NCBI GenBank assembly: GCA_022828145.1
Contig: JAJEJA010000009.1
Span: 31,254-95,253, forward strand
Direction: 5' to 3'
Source: Candidatus Poribacteria bacterium
GTDB lineage: Bacteria > Poribacteria > WGA-4E > WGA-3G
Length of the DNA stretch: 64,000 nucleotides
A program made the position numbers and the translations under genes. Every line of letters starts with the position of its first letter. Position 1 is the stretch's first letter. The notes beneath the pieces are model-generated. The model saw only the letters and a program-made list of their open reading frames with translations. It did not search any database and was not told where the DNA came from. Shown here piece after piece: positions 9,611 to 18,794 of this stretch.

Positions 9611-9642
9611 AGTCTGGACTATCCAATAGTCTATTGACAGTT

Positions 9643-11427
9643 CTACTTTAAACGCGCTTCTAAGGCATCTAATTCGTCTGACAAAGCCTTTGGCAGTCTC
9701 TCCTCAAACCGGGCATAGTGTTCACGGATTGATGCAATCTCATTTAGCCACTCTTCTTTGTCTACATGCAGTAGTTCATCCATCTGTTCTTCAGTAACGT
9801 CGATGCCAGAGGTGTCAATTGCATTTTTCGCTGGCACATAACCTATCGGTGTTTCAGTAGCTTCCGCTTCACCGTTGATCCGATCAACGATCCACTTCAG
9901 CACACGACTGTTTTCTCCGAAACCTGGCCACAACCACCCCCCATCTTCATCTTTACGGAACCAATTAACATAGAAGATACGCGGGAGTTTATCCGCATCT
10001 GTTTTCTCACCCATCTCTAACCAATGTGCAAAGTAATCCCCCATATTGTATCCACAGAATGGGAGCATTGCCATAGGATCCCGTCGCAGTTCGCCAACTG
10101 TACCAGCAGCAGCAGCAGTTCGTTCTGACGAGGCAATTGAACCGATAAACGTTCCATGTTGCCAATTGAACGCCTCAAACACAAGAGGAACAGTGGACGC
10201 CCGTCTACCACCAAACAGAATTGCAGAAATTGGTACACCATTCGGATCTTCCCAACTCGGATCTATGATAGGACATTGTGATGCAGGCGTCGTATAACGT
10301 GAATTAGGATGGGCAGCAGTTTTTTCATCACCAGGATGCCATTCTTCACCAAGCCAACTTGTTAATGTATCCGGCACATCGTCACTCATCTCTTCCCACC
10401 AAACATCATTGTCTTCTGTCAGTGCGGAATTCGTAAATATAGAGTTTGATGCAAGCGTGTGCATTGCATTCGGGTTTGTATCCATAGATGTCCCTGGAGC
10501 AACACCGAAGAATCCTGCTTCTGGATTGATCGCATAAAGCCGACCATCTTCACCAAATTTCATCCATGCGATATCATCTCCGATTGTTTCTGCTTTCCAA
10601 CCGGGTATCGTCGGTGTTAGCATGGCAAGGTTCGTTTTTCCACAAGCACTCGGAAATGCTGCCGCAATGTATGTCTTTTTACCTTCAGGACTTGTTAATC
10701 CTAAGATAAGCATGTGTTCTGCCATCCAACCATCATTTTTTGCCATAATTGAGGCGATCCGGAGCGCATAGCATTTTTTACCGAGTAATGCGTTACCACC
10801 ATATCCACTACCAAAAGACCAGATTGAACGTTCTTCAGGAAAGTGCACAATGTACTTATTGTCAGGATTGCAGGGCCAAGAAACATCTTTCTGTCCGGGT
10901 TCAAGTGGTGCACCAACAGAGTGTAAACACGGCACAAAATCACCATCTTCACCTAAGATATCCAACACCTCTTTACCCATACGAGTCATAATACGCATAT
11001 TCACCACAACATAGGGTGAATCACTTATTTCAACACCGATATGTGAAATTGGTGATCCCAGCGGACCCATACTGAAAGGAACAACATACATAGTTCTGCC
11101 TTTCATGCACCCCTTAAATAAGCCATTTAATGTTGCCTTCATTTCTACTGGATCGTGCCAATTGTTTGTTGGTCCTGCTTCAGCTGGGGTTTTGGCGCAG
11201 ATGTATGTCCTTCCTTCAACGCGAGCAACGTCTTCAGGATCAGAGCGTGCAAGGTAGCTGCCGGGTCTTTTATCCGGATTTAGACGAATAAAAGTCCCAT
11301 TTTGCACCAATTGTTCACAGAGTCGGTCATTCTCCTCTTGTGAACCATCGCACCAATAAATATCATCGGGTTGGCACAGCTCCGCTGTCTCCTTAACCCA
11401 ACTGAGCAGTTTACTATTGTTTGTCAT
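9643..11427 (-). CDS. pckG: Phosphoenolpyruvate carboxykinase (GTP)
   Basis: 594 aa with the [18 protein letters not shown] signature of GTP-dependent PEPCK. Confidence 0.9.
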   Translation of the reverse strand: MTNNSKLLSWVKETAELCQPDDIYWCDGSQEENDRLCEQLVQNGTFIRLNPDKRPGSYLARSDPEDVARVEGRTYICAKTPAEAGPTNNWHDPVEMKATLNGLFKGCMKGRTMYVVPFSMGPLGSPISHIGVEISDSPYVVVNMRIMTRMGKEVLDILGEDGDFVPCLHSVGAPLEPGQKDVSWPCNPDNKYIVHFPEERSIWSFGSGYGGNALLGKKCYALRIASIMAKNDGWMAEHMLILGLTSPEGKKTYIAAAFPSACGKTNLAMLTPTIPGWKAETIGDDIAWMKFGEDGRLYAINPEAGFFGVAPGTSMDTNPNAMHTLASNSIFTNSALTEDNDVWWEEMSDDVPDTLTSWLGEEWHPGDEKTAAHPNSRYTTPASQCPIIDPSWEDPNGVPISAILFGGRRASTVPLVFEAFNWQHGTFIGSIASSERTAAAAGTVGELRRDPMAMLPFCGYNMGDYFAHWLEMGEKTDADKLPRIFYVNWFRKDEDGGWLWPGFGENSRVLKWIVDRINGEAEATETPIGYVPAKNAIDTSGIDVTEEQMDELLHVDKEEWLNEIASIREHYARFEERLPKALSDELDALEARLK

Positions 11428-11540
11428 TCAATTCCTCCATATTTTATTTCTCAAGATATACTAACACAAATTTACGATTGTTGCAATCAATTTCATGACA
11501 ATACCTTCATCAACATTCAACATTTTGTTAGATTGTGTCC

Positions 11541-11612
11541 CTTCCAATCTTCCATTCTTCCAATCTTCCAATCTTCCAATCTTCCATTCTTCCAATCTTC
11601 TATTCTTCCAAC
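11541..11612. repeat. Octamer microsatellite (CTTCCAAT/CTTCCATT) x9, flanked by an 18-bp direct repeat
   Basis: Nine consecutive 8-bp units. gttagattgtgtcccttc occurs at 11527-11544 and again at 11633-11650. The array sits in the pckG upstream region. Confidence 0.85.
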
Positions 11613-11657
11613 CTTTCTTTGTATCACCTTCAGTTAGATTGTGTCCCTTCATATCGG

Positions 11658-13547
11658 TTAAAAAGCAGCACCTAACTTCACATGCACTTTCCCACGCAGT
11701 GCAGAATCACCAGCAGCCAGACCATAATCCAATTGGATAATACCCCCTTTAGATTCAAGTCTCGCACCGATACCGTACCCGACTCGGAGTTTGTCAAACT
11801 CTGACGGTTTATCCACGAAAGTAACCGAACCCATATCCAAAAAAGCAAATATCTGAGAATTCCTTCCCATCAGGAATCGGTATTCGAACGTAGCATTAGC
11901 ACGGCGAGGACCAGAAAACCAATCCTCATCATAACCTCTTAAAGAATTAACACCACCCAAATAAAAGAGTTCTGTTGGAGGGATGTTTATTCCCCATGCC
12001 GATGCACCGTGTATCTCTATAGCGATTATTTGGTCTTCCCAAGTCTGAAAATACTGCTGAATATCAAGCCACAGTTTTCTGAGTCTAAAGTCGCTATGTG
12101 AAATTTCAACTGCGATGCTGTCTCTTCTACCCTGTGTTGGATTTAGATAGTAGTCCCGCGAATCTCTCGTGAAACGAACGGAGACACTATATTTAGATCC
12201 ATCATGTTTATGTACGGTGTCAGTTTCAGACATAGTACCCTGCATGTTATCAATAGGATTCATGTTATTAATAGGATTAAGGGGGGTTGGTATTGTACCT
12301 TGTGAAATTAAACTGTCATAACGAATCTGTTTATATCCAAAAATAATTTCGCTTTTATAGAATTTTCCAAACCTTGTATTACCACTAATGCTACCCGACC
12401 TTTCCTCTGATTCTGCATCATTGAATTGATTCCGTTGTTTGAGTTTACTATATGAGAAACCTAAAGAGATAGGTCTACCGAATATCCACGGTTCAGTATA
12501 TCCGACACTAAGGGCTCTCAACAAACCCGATTTCCAATAAAAATTAAAATTGCGTCCAGTACCAAAGAGATTAGTCTCACTGAGTTCAACCACCCCCGTA
12601 AGTTGAGGAACATCATCAGAACCTTCAACGGGGGGTGCATATCCCAGTATCCCAATTAACCTACCCGTCCGCGCTTCAGTAACCTTTGCATTAAAGATTA
12701 TAGAGTCATCTGTCGGACCTTCCTCTAACATATTAGGTTGAATATGGTAGAAAAAACCTAAATTTCGCAAACGGTGGTAGCTCTGGTCAATCTTCCTCTG
12801 ATGATACGTTTCGTTCACCTGCAATGGTATTTCTCTGAGCACAATATGGGGTTTCGTCTTATGTAATCCGCTTACCTTAATCTCACTCAACCTAACAAGT
12901 GCTCCTTCGTTGATTTTCAATGTAAAATAGATTCTACCATCTGCGGGTGAGAGATGCGTAATAGTCGGTTCAATTTCAACCTTTGGATACCCATGTTCGC
13001 TATATAGAAGTTGTATTCTTTCTATACCTTGCTCAAGAGATGTTTTCGTAAAATAGTTCCCGTTGTGCAGACGCATTTCCTGCAAAATATCAGAATTAGA
13101 CAGCAGTTTATTACCTGAAAGTGAAAATTCACCATAGCGGAGTCTCTTACCTTCACGAATTCTTGTAACTATAGTCAAACGAGAATTATCGCCTGTATGC
13201 GGGGTAGGAACAGGCAAAACCTGTGCAAAAACATAACCATCATGTCGATAGGATGACACTATCCTATTGAATCCATCACTAATTTCATTTCGGGAATAAA
13301 TCTTTTTGGACTTCCAACCGAAAAGATCACGTAACTTTCTCTGACTGAAATGTTTGTTACCATTAAAACTTATTTTTGTAATATTGTATAGAGGTATGGA
13401 GTCAATATCAGCAGCGACTTCTTCTGTTGAATCACTTTCCGTTGTAGATAAGTCTTCAATCCCATAACTGTCTTTAGTTTGGGAAGTAAGACAGAAAATG
13501 AGAAAGCAGAGTACAATCGGTAGAAAAATGGATTGAAAAAATCGCAT
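11658..13547 (-). CDS. Omp85-family outer-membrane protein (POTRA plus beta-barrel; BamA/TamA-like paralog)
   Basis: 629 aa with a signal peptide and a POTRA-like N-terminal region. The C-terminal barrel ends ...GAAF. A separate canonical bamA is at 51156. Confidence 0.65.
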   Translation of the reverse strand: MRFFQSIFLPIVLCFLIFCLTSQTKDSYGIEDLSTTESDSTEEVAADIDSIPLYNITKISFNGNKHFSQRKLRDLFGWKSKKIYSRNEISDGFNRIVSSYRHDGYVFAQVLPVPTPHTGDNSRLTIVTRIREGKRLRYGEFSLSGNKLLSNSDILQEMRLHNGNYFTKTSLEQGIERIQLLYSEHGYPKVEIEPTITHLSPADGRIYFTLKINEGALVRLSEIKVSGLHKTKPHIVLREIPLQVNETYHQRKIDQSYHRLRNLGFFYHIQPNMLEEGPTDDSIIFNAKVTEARTGRLIGILGYAPPVEGSDDVPQLTGVVELSETNLFGTGRNFNFYWKSGLLRALSVGYTEPWIFGRPISLGFSYSKLKQRNQFNDAESEERSGSISGNTRFGKFYKSEIIFGYKQIRYDSLISQGTIPTPLNPINNMNPIDNMQGTMSETDTVHKHDGSKYSVSVRFTRDSRDYYLNPTQGRRDSIAVEISHSDFRLRKLWLDIQQYFQTWEDQIIAIEIHGASAWGINIPPTELFYLGGVNSLRGYDEDWFSGPRRANATFEYRFLMGRNSQIFAFLDMGSVTFVDKPSEFDKLRVGYGIGARLESKGGIIQLDYGLAAGDSALRGKVHVKLGAAF

Positions 13548-13649
13548 GGAATGGATACCTATTAGAATGTTGGTAAATCTATTTTAACATGAACATAAGG
13601 GATATGCAAATTTCAGTTTTCCAGAGGGTACAATTTCCAGGGGTATAAA

Positions 13650-13678
13650 TTGACAAACCGAACTTTTTGTGATATTAT
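13650..13678 (+). promoter_or_regulatory. Sigma70-type promoter for tyrS
   Basis: TTGACA (13650-13655), 17-nt spacer, TATTAT (13673-13678). Confidence 0.6.
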
Positions 13679-13708
13679 ATTTAAAATAAGTAGAAAGGAT
13701 TATACCTC

Positions 13709-14944
13709 ATGTCAAATGTCTTTGAGATCCTGCAACAACGAGGTTTCGTTCAACAGTGTACTAACGAAGAAATCGTATCACGTCTACTCACTGAAACGCA
13801 GATAGCATATTATGTCGGTTTTGACCCAACAGCAGATAGTCTGCACGCCGGTAGTCTTGTCCCGATTATGGCAATGGCACATCTACAGCAGGCTGGTCAT
13901 AAACCCATTGCGATAATAGGCGGCGGCACCACCATGATCGGTGACCCGACAGATAAAACCGAAATGCGACCTATGATCTCTGCTGAACAGATCGAAAAAA
14001 ACGGCGCACGTATACTCAAACAACTACAACGCTACATCCAATTAGATAACGCAGTAGGACTATTCCTAAACAACGCTGAATGGCTGCTTTCACTAAACTA
14101 TGTAGAATTTCTACGCGAAATTGGTAGACATTTTCGCGTCAACGAAATGATGCGCGCCGAAGGATATAGACAAAGACTTGAAAGGGAAATGGGACTCTCT
14201 TTTCTCGAATTTAATTACCAACTCTTACAAGCTTATGACTATCTACGACTATTTCAGGAACATAATTGTGTGCTACAATTGGGTGGGGATGATCAATGGG
14301 GAAATATACTTGCAGGCGTTGACCTCGTAAGGAGAGTTGAAGGTGAACGCGTACACGGATTAACATTTCCACTACTAACTACCGCTGGCGGCGCAAAAAT
14401 GGGTAAAACTGTAGGTGGTGCTATATGGTTAGATCCAGATAAAACAACGCCTTATGAGTTCTATCAATACTGGATCAACACCGACGACCGAGACGTTGAA
14501 CGATTCTTAGCATTTTTCACTTTCTTGCCAATGGAAGAGGTAAAAAGACTGGGAAAATTGGAACATGATGAGATAAGAGAAGCAAAAAATATACTGGCTT
14601 ACGAAGCAACAAAACTTGCACACGGTAAAGAACAAGCCGACAGATCACAGGAAACTTCACAGGCTGCTTTTGGAGGAGAAGGTATAGACCTTGACGCAAT
14701 GCCAACTACCACAATATCCAAAGACTACCTGGAAGACGGTATACCTATCATCCAACTTTTTCATGAAGCCGGTTTAGCAAACTCACGTAGTGAAGCACGT
14801 AGACTCATAGAACAAGGTGGTGCTTATGTTAATGAAGAACAACAGAAAGATATAAAAATCGTAATTGATACAAATTCTTTAAAAGACGAGGCTTTGCTCC
14901 TACGCGCCGGTAAAAAACGATACCACCGTATTCTTCTAAATTAA
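13709..14944 (+). CDS. tyrS: Tyrosine--tRNA ligase
   Basis: 411 aa. The class I motifs are a DPTADSLHAGSL variant of HIGH and the KMGKT form of KMSKS. A C-terminal S4-like domain is present. Confidence 0.9.
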   Translation: MSNVFEILQQRGFVQQCTNEEIVSRLLTETQIAYYVGFDPTADSLHAGSLVPIMAMAHLQQAGHKPIAIIGGGTTMIGDPTDKTEMRPMISAEQIEKNGARILKQLQRYIQLDNAVGLFLNNAEWLLSLNYVEFLREIGRHFRVNEMMRAEGYRQRLEREMGLSFLEFNYQLLQAYDYLRLFQEHNCVLQLGGDDQWGNILAGVDLVRRVEGERVHGLTFPLLTTAGGAKMGKTVGGAIWLDPDKTTPYEFYQYWINTDDRDVERFLAFFTFLPMEEVKRLGKLEHDEIREAKNILAYEATKLAHGKEQADRSQETSQAAFGGEGIDLDAMPTTTISKDYLEDGIPIIQLFHEAGLANSRSEARRLIEQGGAYVNEEQQKDIKIVIDTNSLKDEALLLRAGKKRYHRILLN

Positions 14945-15079
14945 ATTATTTGACATAACCCCAAATTATATGATATAATACTTTGATGATGTAGTTTAAT
15001 TAAACTTTTTCTCTTGTATCACGTTTTATCTAATAATTACAGTTTATACTACCAACTAAGGTATTCAGGATTTCATAGA

Positions 15080-15226
15080 TGAAAAAACTTGAACACATTG
15101 CCTACATTTCAGCGCACAAGAATAGGTCCCAGTCCATCCGGACAAGTTCACGGGATCACGCTTTATACTTTTGGGCATATTTTACGACCTTATTATACCC
15201 GTTTACGCACTGCGGGGGTAGGTAGT
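15080..15226 (+). other. Small ORF (48 aa) with an aromatic-rich C-terminal half. Candidate leader peptide or small protein upstream of DAHP synthase
   Basis: MKKLEHIAYISAHKNRSQSIRTSSRDHALYFWAYFTTLLYPFTHCGGR. AGGA lies 10-13 nt upstream of the ATG. The ORF is followed by the intrinsic terminator at 15286. Confidence 0.2.
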
Positions 15227-15285
15227 GATAGCCTAAAAGAAGGCTAAAAGCAAGACAGTATAAGTTACAATGGATTTCACGCTTC

Positions 15286-15327
15286 ACCCCCAACGTCGAA
15301 AAACTTCGGTGTTGGGTTGTTTTATTT
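15286..15327 (+). terminator. Intrinsic terminator-like hairpin with a U-run, 50 nt upstream of DAHP synthase
   Basis: Stem cccaacgtcgaa / ttcggtgttggg (two G-U pairs) followed by ttgttttattt. Confidence 0.5.
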
Positions 15328-15377
15328 AATAATAAGCGTGTTGACGAATTCAGTCTTTTCGGAGGATATTAAAAATT

Positions 15378-16394
15378 ATGGTTATTGTCACCAAACCGGA
15401 TGCAACGCCAGATCAAATTGATAAGATAGTCAAAAGGGTTGAAGGCGTGGGTTTGAAAGCACAGATTTCGACGGGTGAACAACGTACCGTCATCGGTGTC
15501 ATAGGAGATAAAACATTGCTTGGAGATATGCCAATCGGATCAATGTCGGGTGTCGAAAAAACGATGCCTATCACGGCACCCTATAAATTAGCGAGCCGAC
15601 AGTTTCGGGAAGAACCCACCATCATTGCTGTCAACGGAACGAAGATCGGGGGACGAAAACTTGCGGTTATGGCAGGACCCTGTGCAGTTGAAAGCACTGA
15701 ACAGATCGTTACAATAGCAAAATACGTCAAGAATGCTGGCGCAACTTTCATACGAGGCGGCGCATTTAAACCCAGAACCGGTCCATATAGTTTCCAAGGC
15801 TTCGGGCTCGAAGCACTCAAAATGCTCGCTACCGCAAAACAGGAAACAGGATTAGGAATCGTAACTGAGGTAATGACACCAAGCGAAGTCGAAATTGTAG
15901 GTGAACATACTGACATCTTTCAACTCGGCACACGCAATATGACTAACTTCTATCTATTGCGCGAAGTAGGACGAACAAAAAAACCCGTCATATTAAAAAG
16001 AGGTCTTGCTTCAACAATCGAAGAATGGCTACTCGCCGCAGAATACATACTATCAGAAGGGAATCCTGATGTCATCCTGTGTGAACGCGGAATTAGAACA
16101 TTTGAAACACATACACGAAACACACTTGATCTCAATGCTGTACCTGCTGTACACGAATTAAGCCATCTGCCAATCGTCGTTGACCCAAGCCACGGAACAG
16201 GTATCAGAAGTCTCGTAAGTGATATGACAAAGGCATCCGTAGCATCCGGCGCAGATGGATTATTGCTGGAAGTACATCACGATCCTGACCATTCAATGAC
16301 AGGAGATGGGGCACAATCACTCTTTCCTGAACAATTTGAAAAACTTATGCAAGATATAAAACCAATTGCAATCGCTGTCGGACGAGAAATATAG
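15378..16394 (+). CDS. aroF: 3-deoxy-D-arabino-heptulosonate 7-phosphate synthase, type I-beta, with an N-terminal ferredoxin-like regulatory domain (Thermotoga type)
   Basis: 338 aa. N-terminal MVIVTKPDATPDQIDKIVKRVEGVGLKAQISTGEQRTVIGVIGD, then the catalytic barrel AGPCAVES...GGAFKPRTGPYSFQG...KKPVILKRG...ILCERGIRTFE, closely matching the T. maritima DAHPS architecture. Confidence 0.85.
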   Translation: MVIVTKPDATPDQIDKIVKRVEGVGLKAQISTGEQRTVIGVIGDKTLLGDMPIGSMSGVEKTMPITAPYKLASRQFREEPTIIAVNGTKIGGRKLAVMAGPCAVESTEQIVTIAKYVKNAGATFIRGGAFKPRTGPYSFQGFGLEALKMLATAKQETGLGIVTEVMTPSEVEIVGEHTDIFQLGTRNMTNFYLLREVGRTKKPVILKRGLASTIEEWLLAAEYILSEGNPDVILCERGIRTFETHTRNTLDLNAVPAVHELSHLPIVVDPSHGTGIRSLVSDMTKASVASGADGLLLEVHHDPDHSMTGDGAQSLFPEQFEKLMQDIKPIAIAVGREI

Positions 16395-16480
16395 TTCAAG
16401 AATACATATCTACTTATACTTGAAATGAATACACAAAACTACATTTCAAGTTACACCTAACCATATCGGAGGATAGAACG

Positions 16481-18034
16481 GTGGATGACTTTGAATCAAA
16501 ACAGGAAAAGGTCTATATTTTTGATACAACACTCCGAGACGCTGAACAGACCCCTGGTGCTGCACTCGGTATTGAAGAAAAATTAGAGATCGCAAAACAC
16601 CTCGCAAAACTAAACGTTGATGTCATCGAAGCTGGTTTCCCAATTTCTTCTCCAGGTGATTTTGATGCTGTTGAAAGAATATCACACGAAATAGAAGGTC
16701 CCGAAATCTGTGCACTTTCACGCGTTGTGGAAAAAGACATTACGGCTGCATGGAAGGCTATTAAAGACGCACAACGGGCACGCATTCACACCTTTGTCGG
16801 CACATCAAATATCCACATGGAAAGGATTACAAGAACGACTCCTGAACGCACATTGGACATGGCTGTTGACGCAGTTGCTTACGCAAAGAGTTTATGTAAA
16901 GATCATCCAGACGCAACTGTAGAATTCTCACCAATGGATGCTGGACGTACCGAACTGTCATATCTATATAAAGTCGTAGAAGCAACTATTGACGCAGGTG
17001 CTACTGTTGTAAACATACCCGAAACAGTCGGGTGGACAGTACCCACAGAATTTAGCAATCTCATTGCGGGAATCATGGAGAATGTAGCAAATATTGATGA
17101 CGCGATCATAAGTGTACACTGCCACAACGATTTAGGGTTGGCAGTAGCGAACAGCATTGCCGCAATTGAACAGGGCGCACGACAAGTAGAATGTACAATT
17201 AATGGACTCGGAGAACGCGCAGGTAATACTTCACTTGAAGAAGTCGTAATGGTTATACGAACACGGCGCGATTACTTCAAAAGATACTATACTGATATAA
17301 ACACGAAAGAAATTGTTCCTATTAGTAAACGGGTTAGTCGCACGATGGGAATTCCGGTCCAACCCAATAAGGCTATTGTGGGAGAAAACGCATTTGCACA
17401 CAGTTCCGGAATACATCAAGACGGTATCATAAAATCACGCGTGACTTTTGAAATTATTGACCCAATAGAGATCGGTTGGAAAGAGAGCCAGATTATTCTC
17501 AGTCCACGTTCCGGACGAAACGCACTCAAACATAAACTAAACGAACTCGGCTACGAATTAGATAAGGAACAATTAGAGAAAGTCTATGAGAGATTCCTGC
17601 AAGTCGCTGATAAGAAAAAAGCAATCCATGATGCTGACCTGGAAGCGATTATGAGTGATGAAATACGTTATGTTCCAACAACTTTCGAACTCGATTATAT
17701 ACAAGTTGTCAGCGGAACAAAAATTGCATCTACTACTACCGTCGGTATTAAAACTGAAGAGGGGTTAATAGAAAACGCTTCTACAGGTGAAGGTCCTGTT
17801 GATGCTGCATTCAAGGCAATTAACCAGATCGTAAAAATTGACCTTAACCTCATTGACTATCAGATCCGTTCAGTAACAGAAGGCGAGGATGCGATTGGTG
17901 AGGTCATGCTAAAGGTACAGGACAACGGAAAGATCATCACTGGAAACGGGGCAAGTACTGATATCATCGAAGCGAGCGCAAAAGCTTATGTTCACGCTGT
18001 CAATAAATTAATACAACTCCGTTCTGAGGGTTGA
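16481..18034 (+). CDS. leuA: 2-isopropylmalate synthase (LeuA/CimA family, with a C-terminal regulatory domain)
   Basis: 517 aa with FDTTLRDAEQTPG, HCHNDLGLAVAN and a LeuA-dimer C-terminal domain. GTG start with a GGAGGA SD. It ends in TGA, so UGA is a stop in this genome. Confidence 0.85.
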   Translation: MDDFESKQEKVYIFDTTLRDAEQTPGAALGIEEKLEIAKHLAKLNVDVIEAGFPISSPGDFDAVERISHEIEGPEICALSRVVEKDITAAWKAIKDAQRARIHTFVGTSNIHMERITRTTPERTLDMAVDAVAYAKSLCKDHPDATVEFSPMDAGRTELSYLYKVVEATIDAGATVVNIPETVGWTVPTEFSNLIAGIMENVANIDDAIISVHCHNDLGLAVANSIAAIEQGARQVECTINGLGERAGNTSLEEVVMVIRTRRDYFKRYYTDINTKEIVPISKRVSRTMGIPVQPNKAIVGENAFAHSSGIHQDGIIKSRVTFEIIDPIEIGWKESQIILSPRSGRNALKHKLNELGYELDKEQLEKVYERFLQVADKKKAIHDADLEAIMSDEIRYVPTTFELDYIQVVSGTKIASTTTVGIKTEEGLIENASTGEGPVDAAFKAINQIVKIDLNLIDYQIRSVTEGEDAIGEVMLKVQDNGKIITGNGASTDIIEASAKAYVHAVNKLIQLRSEG

Positions 18035-18072
18035 CTATTGTTACAGTAAAATATAAAAATTTATGAACAACC

Positions 18073-18102
18073 CCGGTAGGTTCGGTTTCCTAACCGAACC
18101 GG
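18073..18102. repeat. Repeat family A copy
   Basis: ccggtaggttcggtttcctaaccgaaccgg, embedded in a longer hairpin atgaacaa...ttcat. Confidence 0.8.
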
Positions 18103-18234
18103 TTTTGTACCACTTACGTTCATAAAGATTTTCGCTATTGTTTAATCGATATCATGAATCTTGAGGACTAAAATATCTTGATAACATTTTAGGTGTATGC
18201 TATTATCTATCTATTACAAAATTCCAATCCATTG

Positions 18235-18264
18235 TCGGTAGGTTCGGTTTCCTAACCGAACCGA
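18235..18264. repeat. Repeat family A copy flanked by a 29-bp direct repeat
   Basis: tcggtaggttcggtttcctaaccgaaccga. The direct repeat tctatctattac(aa/gt)aaat(t)ccaatccattg lies at about 18207-18234 and 18298-18328. Confidence 0.75.
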
Positions 18265-18347
18265 TGGAGAGTGTCCAAGTAATTCTAAAATCTACTATAT
18301 CTATCTATTACGTAAATCCAATCCATTGAATACATGAGGAGACATAC

Positions 18348-18770
18348 ATGGCTGTTTTTCTACATACACGTGTCCGAGTCAGCAATCTTGACGATTCTAT
18401 CAATTGGTATTGTGATCATTTGGGGTTTAAAGTCAAGAGTCGTAGCGACAAATCACCAGCAGGTAATCAGATCGTCCACCTTGAACTCCCAGGTAACGCA
18501 CATACCTTGGAACTAACATACTCACCCGATTATGACCTTCAGGTTCAGGAAGACCTAATGCATTTTGCCATTGGCGTTCCTGACCTTGTGGAATTCTGTG
18601 ATGTTTTGGAAAAAGCAGGTTTGGAGATTTGGCCCGACGAATGGAAAAAACAATTCACTTCCGGTGGGATGAAAATGGCTTTCATCACAGATCCAGATGG
18701 TTATGAAGTTGAACTCTTAGAACGCAAAGACGCAGCAGGGGATCAACTCGACGTCCTCAAAGAATCCTAA
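18348..18770 (+). CDS. VOC-family (glyoxalase/bleomycin-resistance/dioxygenase fold) protein
   Basis: 140 aa with a glyoxalase-like fold pattern. GGAG SD upstream. Confidence 0.6.
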   Translation: MAVFLHTRVRVSNLDDSINWYCDHLGFKVKSRSDKSPAGNQIVHLELPGNAHTLELTYSPDYDLQVQEDLMHFAIGVPDLVEFCDVLEKAGLEIWPDEWKKQFTSGGMKMAFITDPDGYEVELLERKDAAGDQLDVLKES

Positions 18771-18794
18771 TCAAAACTGTGACCTCAATAGGCT

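Noticed and set aside
9349-9642. Possible purine riboswitch upstream of the NCS2 purine permease
   Set aside because: The minus-strand 5' region lacks the conserved purine-riboswitch junction motifs (UAUGG, GUUUCUACC, CCGUAAAU). It contains a family-C repeat instead.
13560-13708. Possible T-box leader upstream of tyrS
   Set aside because: Only about 60 nt separate the consensus promoter from the start codon, and no specifier/antiterminator structure is evident.
15581-15916. Antisense ORFs inside DAHP synthase (15581-15916 and 15588-15797)
   Set aside because: These are shadow ORFs in a confidently assigned gene. The same reasoning was applied to other antisense track ORFs such as 23380-23877, 48630-49118, 52238-52771, 58706-59413 and 20721-21260.
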